This document shows positions 31,360 to 41,135 of a stretch of 64,000 bases of DNA, piece by piece. How positions within the stretch are numbered: position 1 is the stretch's first letter; each line of letters starts with the position of its first letter. The position numbers were made by a program, and so were the translations under genes. This DNA comes from an uncultured Verrucomicrobiae bacterium. Its GTDB lineage: Bacteria; Verrucomicrobiota; Verrucomicrobiia; Limisphaerales; Palsa-1400. The notes beneath the pieces were generated by a model. The model saw only the letters and a list, made by a program, of their open reading frames with translations. It did no database searches and was not told the origin of the DNA. Location of the stretch: positions 96,001-160,000 of the forward strand of contig CAVPOM010000010.1 in the NCBI GenBank assembly GCA_963707025.1. Reading direction: 5' to 3'.

Positions 31360-32138
31360 GGCCAAGGGAAATTGTTGTCACACTATTGTGTTGGAGTATT
31401 GATAACGGCTTTCCAAGCGACCACCTTTCACATCCAAGCCATGTGCATAATGGATGACAAAACTCCGAAATGGAAAGGTTGAGCGTTGGGGACAATCAAA
31501 GAACTTCCATTAGCGACCACCTCAGATTTAAGAAACCCCAAAGGGAGATATTGTCTTCGTTCGGACGAAACCTTCGGAAATAATAAGTAGTCATCATTTG
31601 GCTGTCTATCCTCGCCGACAGACGCGGGCGTTGATGCAAGCTCGATAGTTGGCGGTTTCTTGCTTGCCGCACGGAACCTGCGAACTGCCTCGACTCGTTC
31701 CAGAATTGGAGGACAACTCCGAATATCATTCGGCGACGCACGTTCCAGCCAAAGCACCCACCGCTTCGTGCCGTTGAGAAACTCATCCCCACCTGTAAAT
31801 GGCCGGATAACATGCTCCGTGAACGGATACCCCTGAATCAGTTCCTCCCTTTCCTTTGCATCCAGAATGAAATGCCCATCGTCCACCAACTTTGTTCCGA
31901 AAACCATTTCAGGAACCCCGCACAGCGGCCTTGCCCGGTAGAGAACGACGATATTTTGCGCGTCCGTCAAATACGGACTGATATTCTTGACAGAAAACGA
32001 ATGTGGATCGCCTCTAGGGTCATCGTGCTACTCGAACAGCCTTTTCGTATCGGCTGGATAAGCAGCAAAACCAATTATTACAACATGGACATGCGCCTTT
32101 CCGCGCGCCTCGCTTTGCCACGCAAAAGTTCGATGCGC

Positions 32139-33632
32139 TGAGGTGGACCCCATCCTTTAGACCACGGAGCGCATGAAATAAGCGCGACTTTTGCCGATTG
32201 CTGTCATTACTAATTGTAGTTGACTACTGTTCATTCCGTGTTTCAAACCCCTTTCGAAAAGAGAGAACGAGCGATGCGGAGCACTGCCCGTCCTCCCTCT
32301 CCGTTTTCTTAGGGTTCTCAACTCTACCGCCGCAGGCGGTCTGATTTCAAGCCTTTTCCTGCCGCCTGCCTCTCTGTCAAGTGCTGCGATCGCTCCTGCC
32401 TCTGGCAGGTTGCATCGCTTCCCATTTGGCCGGTTGGGCTCCATGCGTGCCGGGATCAAAATACGCGTCCGCCGGCGTCGCATAGCCCAACGCCTGGTGC
32501 GGTCGTTCCCGGTTGTAGCCGTCAAACCACCGGCCCAGTCCGCGCCCTGCCGCCAACCCGTCGCCATAGTCTTGCAAATAAATGTCCTCATACTTGGCGC
32601 TCCGCCACAGCCGCTCGATAAACCGGTTGTCCATCCAGCGACCCCGTCCGTCCATGCTCACGTCCACCCCCGCCGATTCCACCGCATCAATAAACATCGG
32701 GGAGGTGAACTGCGATCCCTGGTCGGTATTGGAAATCAACGGCGCCTGACGCCCCGCCCGCAACGCCGCCTCCCAAGCGTCCACACAAAAGTCCGCCTCC
32801 AACGTGTTGCTCAAGCGCCATCCCAGCACGTAACGACTCCACCAATCCATCACCGCCACCAAATACATAAACCCAGTTGCCATAGGCACATACGTAATGT
32901 CCGAACACCAAACCTGATCCGGTCCCGTCACTGCCAAATTGCGTAACAGATACGGATAAATCTGGTGCCCCATCTCCCGCAGACTCGTCTTGGGCTTGGC
33001 GTAAATCGCCTCGATCCCCATCAACCGCAGCAGCCGCACCACCCGTTTGCGATTGATGGTCAAACCCTCCCGGCGCAACAGCACGGTCAGTTTGCGGCTG
33101 CCATAAACCGGGTGGTCCAAATGCATCTGGTCCAACCGCCGCATCAGCGCCAGGTTCTCCTCTGTCTCCGGACAGCACTGGTAATAATAACTGCCACGGC
33201 ACACCGCCAGCAGCTCGCACTGGCGCCGCACGCTGAGCTGCGGATCGGGAGCGATTAAACATGTTAAAGCCCCAGTTGCCTGGACTTTTTTTTAAGCCAG
33301 TCCAAGTCCACCGTCAGTTGGCCAATCTTCTCATGCAGTTGGGCAATCAACTGTTCCTGATCCTCCGTGCGGGGTTGCCCGGGCTCAAACAATTCGGGCA
33401 TGTGATCCCGAATCGTCGCCCGCCACTGCGTGACCTGCGCCGGATGCACCGCATACTCTCGCGCCAATTGCGCGACCGTCTTCAGCCCCACCAGGGCTTC
33501 GAATCCCACTTTGGCCTTGAAGGCCGCACTGTGTCTTTTCCGTTTTGCTTTCATAAGTCTGCTCTTTCTTATCTACAGCAAACCGGCAAAAATCGAAACT
33601 TACCTGTGGTCTAAAAATAGGGGTCCAGCTCA
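32139..33632 (-). mobile_element. IS3-family element, copy 3 (orfA 33264-33554, orfB 32377-33231)
   Basis: Same IRs; imperfect 4-bp TSD GCGC/GTGC whose removal restores the host frame F-A-H-R. Confidence 0.97.
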
Positions 33633-35373
33633 GTGCGAAATGAATGCTAAGGTGATACCGACAAAACACCTCATTCCAAAGAATGCTTACCTGTTCGCCT
33701 TGGGTGATTGAATTTGTTGACACAAACGCAACTTTAATTCTGGTTCCTTGAATATATTCGGCAGCCTGCTGATACCATGAGCAAACGTAATCAAGGACGC
33801 CAGCAGCTTTTGAGTGCGTGAAAATTATATCCATGTCGGCCTTTTGTTCTAGGTTTTGCTCTTTCTTGCCGACAAACGGTGGATTACCGAGAACGTAGCT
33901 GCACAGTTCAGGCCGTAAAATCTCCTTCCAGTCAAGTCGGAGCGCGTTTCCAGGAACAATCGTCGGGGACTTTTTAAGGGGCAGGCGTTGATACCATTGC
34001 CCGAAGGCTTGCGAGATTTTCACGTTCATCTGGTGATCCATCAGCCAGAGTGCAACCTCGGCAATTCGCACAGGCCATTCGAGAATCTCAATGCCGTAGA
34101 ACTGGTCCACGTTGACCTTTGACAATTTGGTGATCTCCATTTCCGTTTGCCCCCCAAAAAGTTCCTTGAGCGTTTCAAGTTCAAGTTGGCGCAGTTCCCG
34201 GTAGGCGATGACGAGGAAGTTGCCGCAGCCGCAAGCCGGGTCCAGGAACCGGAGATTGCAAAGTTTGTCTTGGAATTCCTGCAAACGCGCCCGGCGCCCG
34301 GTTGACCGGTCGGCCTTACGGTTTTCAAATTCGGCGCGGAGATCGTCCAGGAACAGCGAGCGGATGACCTTAAGGATGTCTCGTTCACTCGTATAATGCG
34401 CCCCAATCTGGCGGCGGTCCTTCGGTTGCATTACAGACTGAAAGAGCGAGCCGAAAATGGCCGGGGAGATGCGCGACCAATCCTTGCGTGTGCAAGCAAG
34501 GAGCGCGTTGCGCATGTCGGCATTGAAATCAGCAAAATGAAGCTGTTCGCTAAAAAGCTCACCGTTGACGTGGGGAAAGCAGGCCAGCGTTTCATCGAGA
34601 TTTTTCTGGCGTTTCTCAGGTTCCGTGTTCAGGACATCAAAAAGCCTCGCCAATTTTTGCCCCAGGTCTGAGCCGTCCAGCGCGGTGCGATTCTCGATGA
34701 AAAGCCGGAATGATTCAGGCTCAAAAAGCTGAGTGCATTGGGCAAACAGGCAAAACAGGATGCGGACGAGGAATCGTTCAAGTTCATGGCCGCTGTAGCC
34801 GCCAGCCTTAAGCGCGTCGTGAAGGTTGCCCATGATTTCGACCGCCTCAATGTTGATCGGGTCTTGCTCGTGAAAGGTGTGCTGCTGGTAGCCAGCGATG
34901 AAGGCGAAATCGCTGATGTGGAGATAAAGTTCGGAAAGCGGAAATTCATGCGTCGCCCCGCGCTTTTCATTCGCATCCAGGTCGTGCAAGGCGATCCGCG
35001 CAAAATCAGACACGATGATATAATGGGGCAATTCAATGTCAGGGTTTTCATCAGCAAGCTCACGGATATAACCGAGCGCCTGTGTTTCGGCTTTGCTCAA
35101 ATCCTTTCCAAACGATTTATGTTCAACGAGCAGCTTGCCCGGCCAGAGGAGGTCAATGTAGCCATAATCGCCAGCCTTTTTCTTGACTGGCACTTCACAG
35201 GCGGCGACACGGCGGCGCTGGATTCCGAAGACCTGAAAGAAAGCGTTCCAAAACGTCTGTGATTCGGCGGTTTCACTTTTGACGCCCGTCCAATCTTTTG
35301 AAAAGGCAATGGCGTTGTGGCGGATTTCGTTCCAACTGATCGGCATGGGTCAGGATTCTGCCCCGAAGAATCG

Positions 35374-35418
35374 GGCCGTCAAGATTTCTGTTGACGGCCT
35401 TTGCTCGTTTGCTAGAAG
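35374..35418. promoter_or_regulatory. Back-to-back TTGACG -35 boxes forming a palindrome (putative divergent promoters)
   Basis: GGCCGTCAA-N8-TTGACGGCC; TGCTAGAA lies about 16 bp downstream on +, and CAGAAT lies 16 bp downstream on -, shortly before the RM start codon. Confidence 0.5.
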
Positions 35419-35423
35419 CGCGG

Positions 35424-35541
35424 CAACGGTGTCGAAACCGTTGAGAAATAGCGGGGACATTGATTTGCGACCCGTCATAGCTGGCCACCCGGCCACCGCT
35501 GCCCGCAGCGAGTTTCGACAGCTAGGACGGGTCCATTTTTT
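35424..35541 (+). ncRNA. C4-antisense-like structured RNA with upstream target hairpin
   Basis: Outer stem GACCCGTC-A-TAGCTG / CAGCTA-G-GACGGGTC encloses two small hairpins; internal GTTTCGACA is complementary to TGTCGAAAC (35430-35438) and CCGCT to AGCGG (35450-35454); a T-run follows. Confidence 0.6.
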
Positions 35542-35667
35542 ATGAACAGAAGAGTAATGGGCGCAACGCGGAGCCGAACGCGAAAGCGCCCGAAAAAATA
35601 AAAAGCACGGCCCGCTTGGTGATTCTTTGTCAAGACGCCAAGCGGGCCGGAGGCAAAACAGCAAGTT

Positions 35668-35741
35668 GCCAGTGTGGCGAAACGGCAAACGCAACCGCCT
35701 GTCGCGCGGTATTATTGCGGGTTCAAATCCCGCCACTGGCA
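35668..35741 (+). tRNA. Atypical tRNA-Asp (GTC), CCA not encoded
   Basis: Acceptor GCCAGTG/CACTGGC; D arm GCG...CGC with GG in the loop; anticodon stem ACCGC/GCGGT with loop CT-GTC-GC; T arm GCGGG-TTCAAAT-CCCGC; discriminator A. Confidence 0.85.
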
Positions 35742-35847
35742 CTTGAACCGTTGCGAGGCTCGCACGGAAAATGTCGAAAGTCAAAGATTTTTTGGTGTGA
35801 AAATCCACGCCCAAAAAGCAGCAGTAAAACTATTTTCAAATAATTAC

Positions 35848-35876
35848 TTGACAGAAGAACAAATTTAGTGTAATCT
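35848..35876 (+). promoter_or_regulatory. Sigma70-type promoter of the transposase (near-leaderless mRNA)
   Basis: TTGACA-17 bp-TAATCT ending 9 bp before the ATG at 35886; no Shine-Dalgarno sequence. Confidence 0.65.
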
Positions 35877-35885
35877 ACTACCAGA

Positions 35886-36807
35886 ATGAAAAACATATTG
35901 GATTTCAAAACGCTGATGGAGTTCACGGATTATTTCAAGGACGAGGCGACCTGCGTGGCGCACTTCACGGCCACGCGGTTCCGCAACGGGGAGTATTGCC
36001 CGCACTGCCACACCACCAAGATTTACAAATGCGCCGGCGGCAAGCGGTATCACTGTGCCAGTTGCAAGCAGGATTTCACCATCCGCACCAAGACGGTTTT
36101 CGGGGAGTCCAAGCTGCCGCTCCGCAAGTGGTACATGGCGGTTTATCTTCTTTCCACCACGAGCAAGGGCATATCGAGTTTGCAACTGGCAAAGCACGTC
36201 GGCGTCACGCAAAAGACGGCGTGGTTTATGGACCACCGATTGCGCTCGGCAATGAAACAGGACGGCGGGCAGATTTTTGGGACGGTCGAGGCGGATGAAA
36301 CCTACGTGGGCGGGGCCGTCCGCAACATGCACAAGTGGAAGGTGGACAGGTCGAAAGTGGGGACGGGCGGGAAGGGCAAGGCGATAGTTTTCGGGATGAA
36401 GCAGAGGGGCGGTCAGGTGCGGGCCAGGCTGATAGCGAACAACGGCTCCGAGCAACTCCATCCGGCCATTCAGGCGACCGTTGCCCCCGGTTCGGGTACT
36501 TTACACGGACGAACACCGGGGCTACAATGGTTTGGAAGGTTACAGCCGGACGGTGGTGAACCACAGCGTCAGGGAGTACGTGAACGGGATGGCCCACACG
36601 AACGGGATTGAGTCGTTCTGGGCGCTGTTCAAGAGGTGCTACCACGGCGTTTATCACTGGATGAGCCGGAAGCACCTTCAAAAGTACATTGACGAAGCGG
36701 CTTACCGGCTCAATCGCCGGGGCCAGGACATGAACATGGTGTTCGGGGAAGTTGTGGAACGAACAACAGATGGCGCGAAACTGCCGTATAAGAAGCTGAT
36801 CGAATGA
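35886..36807 (+). CDS. IS1595-family (ISXO2-like DDE) transposase; frameshift near 36495
   Basis: Zn ribbon CPHC...CASC, HTH, VEADETYVGG, LYTDE, HTNGIESFW and HLQKYIDE. Confidence 0.93.
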
Positions 36808-36968
36808 GCCGACCGCAGAAAATAATGCCGCCCCTCAAAGGCACGTTCACGGAGATCGTCACCGCTGTGGCCGATGGGAAGGGCTTCAAAAAGGCGAAGC
36901 CGAAGCTCATGGCGAACGAGCGCGCCACTGCGACGACGCCGAAACCGCCGCTGAAAAAAGGAACTTGA
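36804..36968 (+). CDS. Small basic protein (54 aa) coupled to the transposase
   Basis: ATGA overlap with the transposase stop; MSRPQKIMPPLKGTFTEIVTAVADGKGFKKAKPK... (below the ORF-track cut-off). Confidence 0.6.
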   Translation: MSRPQKIMPPLKGTFTEIVTAVADGKGFKKAKPKLMANERATATTPKPPLKKGT

Positions 36969-37001
36969 CGCCACCGGCATGTTTGGTGGAATCCAGGAAC
37001 T

Positions 37002-37229
37002 ATGAGCAAATTCAATCGTTCTCCAAAAGCTGACAGAACCGGCGGAATTGCCTGCAATTTGGCCCTTGGTGACATTACCATTTTAGACGTGAGGAATCAC
37101 GACTATGTGGTCATGGTTCGCAAAGGGACAGGTTCCAAGGAATGCCGAAGAACATTAGACGAGTTGAAGGCGAGGTATCAAGGCAGGAAACGGCGTTTGC
37201 CTGGCGTGGCTACGGTTGCGCCGCCTTGA
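37002..37229 (+). CDS. Hypothetical protein (75 aa)
   Basis: ATG preceded by AGGAA; overlaps the convergent ORF at its 3' end. Confidence 0.35.
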   Translation: MSKFNRSPKADRTGGIACNLALGDITILDVRNHDYVVMVRKGTGSKECRRTLDELKARYQGRKRRLPGVATVAPP

Positions 37230-37384
37230 TGTTCTCGAATACCATCCACAGAGTCCTCCTTAAAGAACTGGACTTCTTTGCCGTCAGCGGTTTGAAACGT
37301 GTATTGGCCGTTGTCGTGGACATATCCTTCGGCATTGACCGGAACTTCTTTTCCATTCTTGAGATGAACGTAAAATAATTTCAT
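37178..37384 (-). CDS. Small beta-rich hypothetical cargo protein (68 aa)
   Basis: MKLFYVHLKNGKEVPVNAEGYVHDNGQYTFQTADGKEVQFFKEDSVDGIRE, an alternating beta-strand pattern. Confidence 0.6.
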   Translation of the reverse strand: MKLFYVHLKNGKEVPVNAEGYVHDNGQYTFQTADGKEVQFFKEDSVDGIREHQGGATVATPGKRRFLP

Positions 37385-38106
37385 AATTCGTTGCTTCCGA
37401 CGCATGGAATCGAAAGTCCGGCAGGCGCGGATGTCAAGCGTCGAAGCCGCCGTGGCGGCCATCGCGGCGGGGACGGTTCACTGTAACATTATATATAAAT
37501 CCCTTGATTAGGCTTGATTGACCTTGTTGGAAATCGTGATGGAAATGGCCCCATTTTTGTCGTAAATTGTTCATGGAAAGGCACTTGAGACGATTTTTTG
37601 CAAAAAAGCTCATCCGTCGTCGCTTCGCAGTTGCGTGACCAGGGAGTGGTGGGCATGGTCAAGGTTGAAAACATGGTTTGACTGGGTGTGACCGGTTTGA
37701 CCGGCTGGGCGCAAATGCATCCTCCTCCGCAGGGCCTGCCGAGGACAGGAAATGCAAAATGCAAAATGGGAAGCAGGGCGGGAGCGATGAGGTTTTCATG
37801 GGTGCGGCAAATTGGGGCAGCACGGTTGCTTTGGGGACAGGATGAACGGGAGGCACAGGATTTTGAGCGTTGCAACCTGCGCGGTCCCGGCAGGGCCGGG
37901 ATTGGACATGGAACTTCTGACGCTTTGGCGTGTGCCGACGGGTCGGCGCCGCTTTGCTCTCCGGGAATCGTTCCCAATCCAAAAGCGGGAGCAAGCTCCC
38001 GCACTCCATAGACACCGCCCTCTTCACTATGCCAAATTAGCATTTAACCCAGGTGTTGTCAATGGGAAAAGGAAGGAAAAAGAAGGGGGGTTGAACCGGA
38101 GCAGCC

Positions 38107-38298
38107 GGAGTGATGGAGTGATGGAGTGATGGAGTGATGGAGTGATGGAGTGATGGAGTGATGGAGTGATGGAGTGATGGAGTGATGGAGTGATGGAGTG
38201 ATGGAGTGATGGAGTGATGGAGTGATGGAGTGATGGAGTGATGGAGTGATGGAGTGATGGAGTGATGGAGTGATGGAGCGATGGAGTGCTGGAGTGAT
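38107..38298 (+). repeat. (GGAGTGAT)n octamer tandem repeat, 24 units
   Basis: 21 perfect units (38107-38274), two variant units and one more perfect unit. Confidence 0.97.
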
Positions 38299-38512
38299 GG
38301 GGATGCTGATCGAGCCGTTTCGGGCCGTTTACAACTCATTGATTCGGAGGATATTCAACTTTCAACGGGGCAAAGCCATTGTTTGACACCGTTCACGCGA
38401 CGCCTTTCACGAGCGATCCAATTTGACCATTGATTATCGTAACGTCGCCATTGAATTTATCAAATAGGGTCACTCTCTGGCGGGGGTTATATTTGGAACC
38501 ATGAAAACAAGA

Positions 38513-39962
38513 CACACCCGTCTCATAAGGGGAAAAGTCTGGTGCTGACCTGTTCATTTGCAAGGGTTTAATTGGTCTTCGGGGTAAAATGAGATTTTGA
38601 TTTTTCCGAGTTTGGCTTTTGGGTGTGGTATGCGCCTGTTTGGGCGCGTGTGCTGTCCCATAGCTTTATTGGAAGCCGGGGAAATACGCCTGCTCGGGCC
38701 GCGCCAAGTGGCGAAAGCTGCCGCCTGCTGTCCCATAGCACGCCAGCAAATTGAGCAGATCATATTTCTCCCAGAGCGCCGCCCGCAAAATCGTGAACAG
38801 CCGGGTGAAGCTGTGCGCCCAGTTGGAGAGGTGACTGAGGTAGCGCAACAGCACGTAGGTCAACAGCGCCGTCCACACCTGCCAGCGCACGGCGTTGGCG
38901 TTGTGGCCCAGAAAATCCGCCAACTGCAAGGTCTGCTTGATTTGTTTGAAGAAGACTTCGATCTGCCAGCGGCAGCGGTAAAGGTCGGCCACGCTGCGCG
39001 GACTCCACTCCAGGTTGTTGGTCAGGAAGGTCATTTCCCGTTCCTCTCCATCAATCTCGACCAGCGCCACCACCCGGCGCATCAACTCCGGCGCGGGTTT
39101 GTTCTCGTTGCTCAGGACGATCACTTCGTCGCGCAAAATCTTCGGGTCTCTGGAGGCGGGCATTTTCCGCACCACCTCATAGCCCATGTTCTCCTTGGCC
39201 CGCGTCACCCAAAAGACCCCGCGCCCGTCCAAATCCCGCAAGTGGCCGAAGTCCACATAACCCTTGTCGAACAAGGCGATTTCGCCGCTCTTCAAGTCGG
39301 CGCACAGTTCCCGCGCCCGTCGGTTGTCGTGCTCGGCGGCAGTGTCCACAATGACAAAACCGGGCAAAAGATTCTGCAGATTCAACCGCATATGGGTTTT
39401 GGCGGCGGCCTTGCGCCGGCGGTGCTTGGCCCAGTCCAGGCAGTTGGCCACCAGTTCCATGGTCGTGCTATCAATCACATGGATGGGCATCTTGAAACGG
39501 AAGGCGGGGCCACGGCGCTGGCCCGCGGCAAAGCCGGGCGTCTGTGCTTTCAAATGCTCCAGGACCCGCCAGAAGAGTTGTTCGGCCATCTGGGCCGGAC
39601 GCTCCCGGTTGGCGTGGGAGAGGCCGTTGCGGCTGGGGGCGCTGGCGCCGCGCAAAGTGGACAGCGGCCCGGAATGCAATTGCAGCGAGTCGCACAGATC
39701 GTTGAGTCCGATGCAATGGGTGAGTTGCGCGTCCAGCAAACTGACCGTGTGACTCCACGGACTGAAGGTGCGCGACTTATCCAGAGCCCGGTCTCCCGCG
39801 CTATTTTGGAGACTTCATGCGCAGGAATGAGATTGCAAATCTGGCGCAAAACGTTAAACCGGGACCGTGTTGGTTTGATTTTTTTGTTTTTCATGCCTGC
39901 CTTGTGGCAGGTTCAAATGGTCAAGCCAACACTTTTTTCCAATTTCCTGTGGGATGGCTGTG
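38513..39962 (-). mobile_element. IS4-family element, copy 1 (transposase frameshifted near 39787)
   Basis: Ends CACAGCCATCCCACAG / CACACCCGTCTCATAA; 9-bp TSD AAAACAAGA; YRCRWQIEVFFKQIK (YREK signature); 1 bp shorter than the other copies. Confidence 0.96.
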
Positions 39963-40010
39963 AAAACAAGATGTAATTCACTCGGCTATTTAGCTACCCC
40001 CCAAGAATGT

Positions 40011-40250
40011 ATGAAACCAGCGACATTTATTATCATGGCCATTCTGTGTCTGAATTTGTGCGGATGCATGAGTACCGCTGCGGTGCAAAAAGCAAGGGGT
40101 TATCCGGCGGAAAACAAGGGCGGAGACGTGGTTCCAACCGAACAACCCAAACCCCAGTATTATGCGCTTTTACCGCTGGCCGTGCCTGTGGATATTGCGT
40201 TTGCTCCCTTTATGCTGCCCCTGGTTTTCATGATGCGAAATGTTCATTGA
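40011..40250 (+). CDS. Small lipoprotein (YceK/YidQ-like)
   Basis: Lipobox LCGC and hydrophobic C-terminus LLPLAVPVDIAFAPF. Confidence 0.6.
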   Translation: MKPATFIIMAILCLNLCGCMSTAAVQKARGYPAENKGGDVVPTEQPKPQYYALLPLAVPVDIAFAPFMLPLVFMMRNVH

Positions 40251-40307
40251 ATATAATCTCGTCACCCCCGCCTTCGCTGGGCCTTCGGCGGCTAGGCCGG
40301 CCCTCCA

Positions 40308-40452
40308 GGCGAGGGTGAAACCTCCGCCGCCCTCCCGAAAGGCCGGAGCCGGGATTTGCCGGACGCCCACCCACTCAAGCCGGGACGGACGATGTCTGTT
40401 CCTTCTCCCAGGGGGAGAAGGCCAGGATGAGGGCGAGCCGCGAGAAATTTTT
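40308..40452 (+). repeat. Solo copy of the palindromic element of the 49.3-50.1 kb array
   Basis: GAGGGTGAAA..CCGCCGCCCT..GGAGCCGGGATTTGCCGGACGC...TTCCTTCTCCCAGGGGGAGAAGG..GGATGAGGGCG. Confidence 0.8.
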
Positions 40453-40675
40453 CCTCACACCTGCACCGGCTTGTTTGACACGTTTCATGTGATTGACTTT
40501 GGGTGCTGGCGGCGACATCTTCAGGGTTGAATGAAATGGGACCCATCAGAACTCATCGCATTCCCGGCTGAACAGGGTGCCGTCATCGCGCTCCGCGCCG
40601 GGCGCAGGGGAGGCCGCGTCGGCCAGGCGTTTATGCGTGTCCCGTAATTCACAACCCTTGACAACTCCACACCTT

Positions 40676-41110
40676 ATGAAACACATCCTCTGCATCGGCC
40701 TCACTATTGCCGCGGCGCTGACCGCGTTCACCGCCTGCTCGCCCGGCGATGCCAAAACCGTTCAGGGAAGTTGGAAGCCCGTCAAGGCCGAGCTGGCCGG
40801 ACAACCCATGCCCGACACTGTGTTGCAGAGCATCAGCCTCAAACTCGACAACGGCAACTATGAAGTCGTCGCCGCAGGCCAACCCGACAAGGGCACCTAC
40901 ACGCTCGATTCCGCCGCCAAGCCAAAGGGCATGACCATTACCGGCACGGGCGGACCGAACAGCGGCAAGACTTTCCCCGCGATCTACGAACTCAATGGCG
41001 ATGAACTGCGCATTTGCTACGACCTTTCCGGCGCGAAACGCCCCACCGAATTCAAGAGCACGGCGGGGACGCAGCTCTATCTGGTGACCTACAATCGCCA
41101 GAAGGAGTAA
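40676..41110 (+). CDS. TIGR03067-like domain lipoprotein
   Basis: Lipobox FTAC; VQGSWK..KAELAG, GTYTLD...PKGMTIT, IYELNGDELRICY and RPTEFKS. Confidence 0.8.
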   Translation: MKHILCIGLTIAAALTAFTACSPGDAKTVQGSWKPVKAELAGQPMPDTVLQSISLKLDNGNYEVVAAGQPDKGTYTLDSAAKPKGMTITGTGGPNSGKTFPAIYELNGDELRICYDLSGAKRPTEFKSTAGTQLYLVTYNRQKE

Positions 41111-41135
41111 GAAGATACCTGCAACTCTAAATCAA

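Larger units (their letters stand above)
29562..35346 (-). pseudogene. MmeI-like type IIL restriction-modification enzyme (endonuclease + N6-adenine MTase + TRD), split by two IS3 copies
   Basis: YIDLLWPGKLLVEHKS (PD-ExK), GAHYTS, FLDPACGCGNF, GNPPF, HFA|HRTFAW, NNFPW|P and IADLYDPLTMPPAL; segments 33633-35346, 31360-32138 and 29562-29865; extra small indels near 31378 and 31428. Confidence 0.93.
29165..37503 (+). mobile_element. IS1595-family cargo transposon (8.3 kb including two nested IS3 copies)
   Basis: Terminal inverted repeats GGGAATTATATACAATCTTACAC (29165-29187) and the reverse complement of 37481-37503 match at 19/23; identical 8-bp flanks TTGATTAG at 29157-29164 and 37504-37511; an IS1595 transposase lies inside. 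Confidence 0.92.

Noticed and set aside
33385..33632. C-terminal extension of the 653-aa RM ORF
   Set aside because: It is read-through into IS3 copy 3; the true gene resumes at 32138.
38107..38298. Possible CRISPR array or the 100-aa SITPSLHH-repeat ORF
   Set aside because: Pure octamer tandem repeat with no spacers and no cas genes; the ORF is a by-product of the repeat.
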